NCBI GenBank assembly: GCA_918797485.1
Contig: CAKKNE010000004.1
Span: forward strand, 806,001 to 870,000
Origin: Pelagomonas calceolata
Taxonomy: Eukaryota
Length of the DNA: 64,000 nucleotides
Reading direction: 5' to 3'
Below, one piece after another: positions 56,222 through 64,000 of the stretch. Every line of letters starts with the position of its first letter. Position 1 is the first letter of the stretch. The translations under genes were made by a program, and so were the position numbers. Below the pieces are notes generated by a model that ran no database searches, was not told the origin of the DNA, and worked only from the letters and a program-made list of their open reading frames with translations.

Positions 56222-57718
56222 TTAAGACACCCCCGAATCCGGCGGCCGCAGCGCCAGGCACGGCTCCGCCGAGAACAGGTGTAAAGACAGGACGCAACCT
56301 CCCATGGGCACCACGAGTAAACAACTGGCAATATTGACCGCGGTCCAGTAGCCGCTCTCGCCGGCCCAGACGATCGGCGCCGTGAGTAACGCCGCGAAGC
56401 CACCCAGCGTATACAAGAGACCGGCCGTCCGCCCTATGCTTTTCTGCCCAAAAAGTCCAGCACAAAAGTTCGGCACGGAGGCGTAGAACGCCGCCCGATA
56501 CGCGGCGTAAATGATCGCGCCGAAGATCTGAGCTGTAACTGTGGGAATACAAACGCAGATGCTGAACGCGAGGCCTATCAGATTAATCACATGAGCCGAG
56601 GCACATAAGCCAATGCGAAACAAGTACGCCAAGATGGGAATCCACAGACAACCGGCCACGACCAACCCCGAGATCAGCTCGGGCACGCCGTTCGTGCCGT
56701 CGCCGATCGCGTCGAGCCAATCATATATAGTACCTAAGTACCCTATCGCTTTGAACATCCCGAGCGTGACCCACGTCGCCAGGAGCGCGAACTCGAGCGT
56801 GTAGAGCTGGCCCCGGCCGAAGGGCCTATCCTTTAAGCGTAATGCCGTCGCATTCTTCCGATCATCTATTTCATGATCGACGGCGTCGCATCCACTCAGC
56901 CGCCAGCAGTACGCTAAAGCTATCGTGAGTGCTAGCGAGAGGACCGCTAGCAGCAGGAAGGCGACGCGGAAGTGGCCATAATTATTATCGAAGAGGTTTA
57001 GGATGCCTTGCACCGCTAAAAAAACGCCGCTCGACGAGTCGTACAAGCAAGACGCCGCCGTCAAAAAAACGACTCGACTTTCCGTCAGGCCCGCGGCCCG
57101 GAACGAGGCCAGGAAGAAGCCCATGCCGCCGACGCCCAACAGCATGAACGCGACAAACAGACACCAGTCGCCGAACCAGTCGAAGAGCCCTATGAGCACG
57201 TAGCCCGCGACGTAGCACGCTCCGGACAGTAGGACCGTGACTTCCGAGCCTTGCAAGTCGACCAAGACGCCGATGAGGAAGGCGCTGCCCTCGTTGACGA
57301 AGGACGCTAGCGAGTACACCGCGGATAACGTCTCGATCTGCGCCGCGCAGGCCGAATCCGACGATTCTACGATGACTTCTTCCGCGTCGCACTCGTAGAG
57401 AAAAGCCCCCCTTTCGACCAACATGGCCTGCATCGGCGTCCAGCCATATATAGGGCCCGCGAACATGAGGCATGACAGTAAAGCGAGGTACGGCGTCACC
57501 TTCTTCGCGACGGGGTGCGTCGTATCTCGACTCAGTAAAGGCGTCGCCTCCACCGCAAAACCTCTTCCAGAACCGTCCATTTCTTCGGTGGCCTGGCAGC
57601 AGGCCTCGCCCAGGAGGTTCACGCCCAAGGCGTCGTTTCTGGGTGACGGGCCCTGCGTCGTGTTGTCGATAATCTCTAAATCGGCATCTCGTCGTCGCGG
57701 GGACTCGGGGTCCGACAT
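56222..57718 (-). CDS. MFS transporter, SLC43/LAT3/FMP42-like
   Basis: ATG 57718; about 12 hydrophobic helices; AGPIYGW..M..ML...G.F and LYDSSSGVF motifs. Confidence 0.8.
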   Translation of the reverse strand: MSDPESPRRRDADLEIIDNTTQGPSPRNDALGVNLLGEACCQATEEMDGSGRGFAVEATPLLSRDTTHPVAKKVTPYLALLSCLMFAGPIYGWTPMQAMLVERGAFLYECDAEEVIVESSDSACAAQIETLSAVYSLASFVNEGSAFLIGVLVDLQGSEVTVLLSGACYVAGYVLIGLFDWFGDWCLFVAFMLLGVGGMGFFLASFRAAGLTESRVVFLTAASCLYDSSSGVFLAVQGILNLFDNNYGHFRVAFLLLAVLSLALTIALAYCWRLSGCDAVDHEIDDRKNATALRLKDRPFGRGQLYTLEFALLATWVTLGMFKAIGYLGTIYDWLDAIGDGTNGVPELISGLVVAGCLWIPILAYLFRIGLCASAHVINLIGLAFSICVCIPTVTAQIFGAIIYAAYRAAFYASVPNFCAGLFGQKSIGRTAGLLYTLGGFAALLTAPIVWAGESGYWTAVNIASCLLVVPMGGCVLSLHLFSAEPCLALRPPDSGVS

Positions 57719-58081
57719 GCGGCGGCGTGGGCAGCCTCTGATGAAGGCAGGGCTGCGCAGCCGTCTCGCGCGCGATCCGTTGGCGGCGTCGTGCGCTTGC
57801 CGCTCTTTCTCGTCGACAGCTGCGTCGAGACAAGCGCCAGCTTGTGTGGGCGTCGAGCCAGGCGCGCGAGAGGAAAGGGGGAAATGGGCAGATACGTTGC
57901 GCCGCGCGGGCGACGCGCGGCCGGTCCCGGAGCGCTCCCGGCCGCGGCGACGGCGTTCGCGGCGCGCTGACGGGTCGTGTGGCCCGTTCGGGGCGCGCGA
58001 CGCGCGGCGGCCGGGACGCTGCACGCCGCATGAACCCATGCACTACTCGGAACATACCGCCCACAACCTAAAACGAAACAA

Positions 58082-59287
58082 TTAATAGAGCCCCCCGACG
58101 TCCGCAACCTCGTCCACCTCCGCCGCCCCACGCTTGCCCGCGACCGCTCGTTCAACCAACCGGTTCTCCTCGGCCAAATCCCTGGAAACAATATCGCAGT
58201 ACCGCTGCAGCGGCAGGATCTTCGGCCGGTCGTCGTGGATGCCGAAGGGCTCCTCGATGATGTGCCCGATCTCCTCGGTCGCGAGGAGCATCCACGAGAG
58301 TAATGCTGTTGCTGGTGGTACCAATAACAAAGGCATGGACTGGACGAGGATGATCGGGCTTCCCAGCGTCCAGATCGATAGCAAGCGAGACGTATGTCTG
58401 GAGTAGGAGAGGGGCACGGGCGTCCCGGCGATGGCTTCCGCGTCGCCGATGGCGTCTTGCAGTTCCAACAGTAAGCTCTCGAGCTGCCACCAGAGGAGAT
58501 GAGAGGCGGACTGCGTGTCTTCCGACGCTCTTCGCACCGCATCCACCCTAGATGATAGAGCGTACGTGCACGCTAATGGTAAATTGTCCGCGGATTCCAG
58601 TTCTCTCCTCTCATCATTCCCGAGGCAGTGGAACTCGTCGAGGCGGCGCTCTCCTCTCAAATGCTGTTTGAGGGCCAAAGGGAAGGCCTCGAGCCATCGC
58701 AGCAGCGCCGCGGTCTCCTCTGCTTCATGTTCGGGCGCCGCCGTCGTGACGTACGCTCGGCACGTCCGCGCCGTCGCTCTTACCCTATTCACGACCTTCG
58801 CCCAGACCTGGCGGCCCTCCCAGAACCGGTCATAAGATTGCGACGTCCGGAACGCGAGCAGGATGCCCAGGATGCCTCCGCTCAGCTCGAAGGGCGCCCC
58901 CAAGTTCAAGTGTTCCGCTTCCAGGAGTGTCGTGTCAAACGCGAGGTGCTCCGCTCGTATCGCGTAGGCCAGACCCGACACGAGAATCGCAAAAAACGTG
59001 TTCGCCACGAGGTGCCCCTGCACCCGCTGGAGCACGCTCGACGACGGCAGGTTCCGCAAGTTCAGCCACCAGTCCGCGATGGAGTAGCGCGTCGGCGCAT
59101 CCAAGGTGTAGCCGTCCTCGTCGGCGTACGCGGCCAGCCGGTCGAGGTAGGTCTCCTGCGTCCTGGCCGGGGCATCGGTCGGGAACTCGTCCGAGGACGG
59201 CGCGGCCTCGCGTCTCGTCGCGCGCCGCGGCGGCGCGACGAGGGCGTGTGCTGCCACGAGTAAAGGTGTCAGCGCGAGCGCGCGCAT
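58082..59287 (-). CDS. Bestrophin-like (UPF0187/VCCN-type) anion channel, probably plastid-targeted
   Basis: LLAFRTSQSYDRFWEGRQVW, TPVPLSYSRHTSRLL, EEIGHIIEEPF; bipartite signal ...AAHA|LVAP. Confidence 0.9.
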   Translation of the reverse strand: MRALALTPLLVAAHALVAPPRRATRREAAPSSDEFPTDAPARTQETYLDRLAAYADEDGYTLDAPTRYSIADWWLNLRNLPSSSVLQRVQGHLVANTFFAILVSGLAYAIRAEHLAFDTTLLEAEHLNLGAPFELSGGILGILLAFRTSQSYDRFWEGRQVWAKVVNRVRATARTCRAYVTTAAPEHEAEETAALLRWLEAFPLALKQHLRGERRLDEFHCLGNDERRELESADNLPLACTYALSSRVDAVRRASEDTQSASHLLWWQLESLLLELQDAIGDAEAIAGTPVPLSYSRHTSRLLSIWTLGSPIILVQSMPLLLVPPATALLSWMLLATEEIGHIIEEPFGIHDDRPKILPLQRYCDIVSRDLAEENRLVERAVAGKRGAAEVDEVADVGGLY

Positions 59288-59499
59288 CGTTGGCGTTACC
59301 GCGACGACGGGTGCGCGTCACGCTGCACCAAGCCACTGAGGAGGCTGCAGCTGCTGTCCCACTGAGATGCGGCGCTTGGTGTCCGCACAAACTTCTGAGG
59401 AGCGGCGCACGGGCCCACGCTATTAGTGCCTGACTGGTGCCGCGTCGTGTTGCGAGTCAGTTGCTGTTATGACGGCAAAAAACAGAGCACAGCATATTC

Positions 59500-59522
59500 C
59501 TAGTATGTCAGTGTACGCTAGC
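59500..59522 (+). promoter_or_regulatory. Bipartite CTAG motif between the divergent bestrophin and DENN genes
   Basis: CTAGTATGTCAGTGTACGCTAGC. Confidence 0.5.
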
Positions 59523-59733
59523 GCGCGTTTTTTACGCAATTTGCTTGGCAGTGCGAGACAAAACACGAATAGCACTGCAACAGATCGTGAACACAACGCG
59601 CTGAGCCGCCCGAGGCCACCTGTCACCGAATAACTCGAACGCGTAACCCCATGCGTCATTGCTTTGGCAGAGCACACGAAAGCAAGCAGAGCACTGCAGA
59701 GGAAAGCAAGCGACGCACAAAAAGCAAACAGGA

Positions 59734-62700
59734 ATGGAAACCTTCGCAATATGCGGCATCGACCACACGACGACCACCGATGACGACGAAGAGCACGCGC
59801 AAGTTATTGTGGACGTAGCTGTGATAGCCGCCGACGCGGCGGTCGACGCCCCGTGGGAGCGCTGCGTTGGAGAGACGAACATCGGCTTAGGGCTGCGGCG
59901 CGTCGGCATCGCGGTGCGCAAAGCGGCTAGGACGGACGCGCCCGCGTACGTCGTCGACGCACGTATATCTGCGACGCGGCCCGGCAATGACCGCGGCTGG
60001 ACGGCCTGCGCCCAGCTAAATGGAGCGAACCCGTCTTTATCATCGGGAGGATTGACCGGGTCGCTGCGCGCGCCTTTGTTGCTCTGGCGCCGCGTCGCCG
60101 CGCCCAGCGACCGCGCCGCACCTTTGGTAGCGTTACGTCTGACGACCGGCACTCCACAAAAGCCCTGGGCGCCTTTATCAATACCTACCACTACAAATTT
60201 CCCGCGGACCACTGCCCTATTCGACAGACGGGGCCAGGCCCGTTTGTATGGAGTCCGCGCGCCACCGATGAAAGCTCCTCCACAAATACTAGCGAGTTGG
60301 GGCCGGCCGCCGCCCAGATTGGCCGACCTCGTTTTTGATGATGACGCCTCTGTGAAGAGGAAGCCGCGCGATTCATTGACTTTCGAGGAGTTTTCCTTCA
60401 GCCTCACGGACGCAACGGGTGCGATAACCTTCGTGAGCTGCGTGCGCTTCGACGCGCCCCTCTCCAATCAACAGGGCGCGGAGATACGCTGCGAGCCCGT
60501 GGCGTTCTGCCTCTTGTATCGTAGATCAGACGCGCGCGCGGCGATGCGCACGGCGTGCGTCGAGCTCTACCGCCTCTACTTGTCGAAGCACCCTAGAGCG
60601 TTCCGCGTCCTGCTCGCGACACTGGCACATTTGCCTTTGCCTTCACCTGATGAGCGCGTCGACCTGCGTATTAGTTTTGTCGATGAAGATGGATCAATGG
60701 CGCCGTTGCGGGAGATTTCTGTAAGGTCGTCTCGGTTATTACGGGCGGGCCTGCGGTCCGTGGATGATGCGCAGGCGTGGCGCGCGTTTCTTTCTTCGTT
60801 AGCACCCGACAACTTGGTGAGAGTTGTGGAACTCGCGTTACTGGAAAGACCGCTACTCGTGTGTGCGTCGTCGACCCCGAGCTGGTTCCTCGATTGTTTG
60901 AGAGCGGTCTTGTACCCGCTGCACTGGGCCCTGCCTTGCGTGGATCGCGTGCCGCGCGACATCGGCCACGACCTCGTGAGCGGCGTCGTGCCCCTGCTCG
61001 CCGCGTGCCGCCTGGGGCCGGGGGCGGCGCCGGCGCGGAATCGGTGCTTTAGTGAACCCGTAGATCACTCGGTCGTCGTCGTGGACCTCGACTCAAAAGA
61101 AATCGATTTTGGCCTCAAGCTCCACGCGTCGGCGCCGCGTATCTCCCAAATGCACCGGCGGCGCTGCTGCGGCGCGCTGCGCGTGATTGGCGACATTGAC
61201 GGCGAGGGCGTGGCGATCCGCGACGTCTTCGCGCAACTGGTCGCTTCCGTCCTCGAGGGCCACCGGGCGTGCCTCAACCTCCAGAAGCGGGACACGCGGC
61301 GCCTGAGTGTGAGTGATATCATCGACGCGAAACGCTTCTCGCGAGGGGACCCGTTCCGCTGCGAACTGGGCGAGACCCAGGCCTTCGCCGAATTTGTCAG
61401 AAGGGCGGTGGAGCCCGACGTGGACGACGGTGCCGTCGACGTCACCGTAGGTGGCCTCGCGGCGCAGCTGCGGGCCCGCGACGAGACGACCATAGAGTGT
61501 TCGGCGGCCGTGACGCTGCCCTGCGTCGCCTCGACGGAAGAGACGAACTGGGCTTCCCTAGTTGGAGACGCTTCAGAACGCGTCGACTTTGAGGATTTGA
61601 GGATGCGCATTCAGACGGCCTCGGCGTCGGACGCGGCGACGCCGGCCGAGCGCTACCGGCGCGACGCCCTCGCGGCGGCGGGGCGGTCTCAGTTAAATCT
61701 AGATGCAGACCCGGCCCGAGGCGCCGTCCGCGACGTGGCCGAGCTCCATTTTTTAACTTTGCCGCGGTTTGTCAGGCGACGCCGCACGGCCGCGCAGATG
61801 GCCTGGGGGCTGCTGCGGGCGCTGGGGCTGCTCCGGCACCTGCTCGCGAACAGGTTGGTCCCGAGCGAGGCCGCCTGGCGCGCCTTGTTGCTCGCCGCGG
61901 GCCAAATCAAGGCGACAGCCACCGACTTAACGGTGCGGGAGTTCGCCCGGGACGTCGCGCGGGCGCTCTTCCGCGAGATGCAAGCATGGGACATAAAAAT
62001 AGGGCCCCAGACCTTCGCGCTCTGGTCGTTAGCGGTAGCGGGAGACGAAGACGCAGGATACGCCACGGAGGACGATGAATTAGCGGCGCCGCGGTTGTTT
62101 GCCCGCTCCGCGACCTGGTCGGCCGAGGACGCTGGTAATGAATGTCCGTGGCTCTGGGACGCGGGCGCGCAATTTTGTCAGGAGCGAGGCGTGTCCACGG
62201 CGGACCTTGGGGTGCTCTGCGCCAAGGATGACGACGCCTGTTACGCGCCGGGCGACGCGTTCTTTGGGCGGGGCGGCTCACCGCCGACGCCGAAGTTACC
62301 AGAAGCGTCGGAGCGGCGCATTGTGCTCAAGCCGGGGGCCGTCGGTTGTGAAGCTTGCGGGGCAAGAGCGCCCGAGCCGGCCGTGCTGGCGGCGGTGCTC
62401 CACGGCTGCCTCGGGCAGTCGGCGTGTGCCAAATGTGGTGCATCTGGAGATGGAGTGAAACCGACGCTCGTCGTCCTCGACAGTGTGATCGGGCCCCAGG
62501 TCGTGGCCTACCTCGCGCCGCGGGCGATACGCCTGGACGTGGACGCGCGCATCCGGCGCCACGGCGAGGCGTCGCTCGCGGCGGCGCGCGTGGTTGCGGA
62601 CGCGCCGGACGTCTTTTATAGTGCCTTGTGGTGGTCCGCGCGGCTCCGCCTGCCGCCGCCGTTCCGGGGCCGCGGCGACCACGCGCTGCACCTGGCGCTC

Positions 62701-62808
62701 CAGTCGTCGTCCGGCGACGTTGGGAAGGACGACCGGCTGGCGGGGGCGCGCGATGCGTTCGGGACGCTGCCGCGGTCGGGGCTGGAGGTGTGGCTGCCGG
62801 CGTTTTAG
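59734..62808 (+). CDS. DENN-domain protein (DENND4-like Rab GEF)
   Basis: METFAICG, ANPSLSSG (MABP-like), FSFSLTDATG...SCVRF, LALLERPLLV, LYPLHWALP.V, VVVDLD, ETQAFAEFV. Confidence 0.8.
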   Translation: METFAICGIDHTTTTDDDEEHAQVIVDVAVIAADAAVDAPWERCVGETNIGLGLRRVGIAVRKAARTDAPAYVVDARISATRPGNDRGWTACAQLNGANPSLSSGGLTGSLRAPLLLWRRVAAPSDRAAPLVALRLTTGTPQKPWAPLSIPTTTNFPRTTALFDRRGQARLYGVRAPPMKAPPQILASWGRPPPRLADLVFDDDASVKRKPRDSLTFEEFSFSLTDATGAITFVSCVRFDAPLSNQQGAEIRCEPVAFCLLYRRSDARAAMRTACVELYRLYLSKHPRAFRVLLATLAHLPLPSPDERVDLRISFVDEDGSMAPLREISVRSSRLLRAGLRSVDDAQAWRAFLSSLAPDNLVRVVELALLERPLLVCASSTPSWFLDCLRAVLYPLHWALPCVDRVPRDIGHDLVSGVVPLLAACRLGPGAAPARNRCFSEPVDHSVVVVDLDSKEIDFGLKLHASAPRISQMHRRRCCGALRVIGDIDGEGVAIRDVFAQLVASVLEGHRACLNLQKRDTRRLSVSDIIDAKRFSRGDPFRCELGETQAFAEFVRRAVEPDVDDGAVDVTVGGLAAQLRARDETTIECSAAVTLPCVASTEETNWASLVGDASERVDFEDLRMRIQTASASDAATPAERYRRDALAAAGRSQLNLDADPARGAVRDVAELHFLTLPRFVRRRRTAAQMAWGLLRALGLLRHLLANRLVPSEAAWRALLLAAGQIKATATDLTVREFARDVARALFREMQAWDIKIGPQTFALWSLAVAGDEDAGYATEDDELAAPRLFARSATWSAEDAGNECPWLWDAGAQFCQERGVSTADLGVLCAKDDDACYAPGDAFFGRGGSPPTPKLPEASERRIVLKPGAVGCEACGARAPEPAVLAAVLHGCLGQSACAKCGASGDGVKPTLVVLDSVIGPQVVAYLAPRAIRLDVDARIRRHGEASLAAARVVADAPDVFYSALWWSARLRLPPPFRGRGDHALHLALQSSSGDVGKDDRLAGARDAFGTLPRSGLEVWLPAF

Positions 62809-62885
62809 TTGTTGTTGTGTAAGATTACTGTCTCTGATGGACGCCTAGCGCGGCGACGAGGCGGCGGCGTCTCGTGGGCGCCGAC

Positions 62886-63704
62886 TTAAGGATCCTGGTC
62901 CCCGGCGTCGGCGCCCTCGCCCGAGAGCGCCGCCTGCATAAGCTCGGCGAAGGCCTCGGGGTCGCGCGCCTTCAGCTCCGACAGCTCCTCAATGGCAGCG
63001 TTGGCTTCCTGCGGGTCCATGCCCAGGTGGCCCGCGATGGCCGACGCGGCGGCGAACGGCGTCGCCGCGGCCGCGAGCTGCGGCTCGGGCGGTGCAAGTT
63101 CGCCTGGTACTGCTTGCCCGAGCAGTTCGCGCAGCGCGAAGCGGGCTCGCGCCTGTCGTAGACCGCCCTCAATATTACGGGTGGACGGGTGCGCTCCGCC
63201 GAACACGCGCCGCGCGGTCCGTGCCGTCTCCTCGAGTATCGTCAAGGCCTCGCGGAGATCGTCGAGCGTGGCGGCGGGGTCTGCGCAGAAGGCCATTGCG
63301 TAGTTTGTCCTCATCCCGAGCGTCATCTCATGACTCTCGCCGAGAACACGTCGCGCCACGGGCAGCGTTTTGCGATACAATGCCTTGGCTTCTTCGGAGC
63401 GCTGAAGTTGAATAAGGGACCCCATGTAGTTGATTGCTGCTCGGAGGGTGCTAAAATCTTCCTCGCCGTTCGTGTCGTCGGCGCACGCCTCGACCGCGAC
63501 CGCGACGGCCTCCTTGTATTTTTTGTCGGCGTGATATTGCTCCGCGTTGCCGCCGCGGTGTATTTTCTTACACATTTGCTTGTGGCCGCGGCGCCAGTGG
63601 TCATGTTGGCAAGTTTTGTTGCAGTATCTGGTATGGCATCTAACGCATCGCGGCGCGTCGTGGGCCAGTGGGGCGGCGCAGGCGGCGCAGGTTGTGAGGA
63701 TCAT
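62886..63704 (-). CDS. MYND zinc-finger protein with TPR-like helices
   Basis: CAAC...CVRC...YCNKTCQHDHW..GHKQMC; ARRVLGESHEMTL and ARRVFGGAHPST repeats. Confidence 0.85.
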   Translation of the reverse strand: MILTTCAACAAPLAHDAPRCVRCHTRYCNKTCQHDHWRRGHKQMCKKIHRGGNAEQYHADKKYKEAVAVAVEACADDTNGEEDFSTLRAAINYMGSLIQLQRSEEAKALYRKTLPVARRVLGESHEMTLGMRTNYAMAFCADPAATLDDLREALTILEETARTARRVFGGAHPSTRNIEGGLRQARARFALRELLGQAVPGELAPPEPQLAAAATPFAAASAIAGHLGMDPQEANAAIEELSELKARDPEAFAELMQAALSGEGADAGDQDP

Positions 63705-63868
63705 TTTTGCGTCGGCGGGGCGTCGAGAGGGTCGCGGGCGTCGATGTGAATGCGGTGAGGCTGGCTAGTATCCTTAGAGGCTAGCTCAAGAAAAGTTAAT
63801 CAACAGCGCAGCCAGCCAGTCCTACGAGTCGACGTAGCCGAGGTAGGCGTACGAATGCCCGCGATATA

Positions 63869-63997
63869 ACACACGTGTGCCTGGCGCACGCACGCTGCAT
63901 TTGTCGCATCGCTGCGAGAACCACAGCTCCAAGCCAGCTCCAAGCCACACACGTGCCTGGCGCACCACTGCATTGTCGCACGAGAACCACAGCTCCA
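63869..63997. repeat. Imperfect direct repeat at the window end
   Basis: acacacgtg(tg)cctggcgcac...ctgcatt(t)gtcgca...cgagaaccacagctccaa occurs twice. Confidence 0.7.
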
Positions 63998-64000
63998 AAA

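Noticed and set aside
1154..63785. CTAG motif as Helitron 3' ends
   Set aside because: There is no consistent subterminal hairpin or shared upstream body, and the placement tracks gene starts. Not fully excluded.
1..64000. tRNA/rRNA genes or an autonomous transposase
   Set aside because: None was recognisable by eye; tRNAscan-SE, Infernal and transposase HMM searches were not run.

Overview
This is GC-rich, gene-dense eukaryotic DNA, most consistent with a pelagophyte alga such as Pelagomonas or Aureococcus. That assignment is an inference from the introner-type introns, a bipartite plastid-targeting peptide and a MYND-finger family; no search was run. The window holds about 22 protein-coding genes: a partial GT11 fucosyltransferase missing from the ORF track, TruD, an F-box protein, a mosaic RING protein, three Pro-rich/Cys-tail paralogs, a CDK7-like kinase, a 6-exon CHD remodeller, a RanBP2-ZnF protein, PA28, PCIF1, TRAPPC2L, a tail-anchored flavodoxin, an MFS transporter, bestrophin, DENN, MYND and orphans. 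Four things stand out. (1) A tandem pair of giant (about 3240 and 3740 aa) single-pass proteins with swappable lectin-like cassettes, two candidate amphipathic beta-hairpins, an RRL-flanked cleavable insert and a cytoplasmic RRM-like tail; a third, deleted copy and PA28 fragments record a triplication. (2) Introner introns with 8-bp target-site duplications and terminal inverted repeats, including a filled/empty site pair between the paralogs and in-frame hidden introns. (3) A bipartite CTAGTGTC-N-GCTAG motif occurring about 13 times, nearly always just upstream of start codons. (4) A 142-bp satellite. All gene models are hand-spliced and unverified by RNA data.
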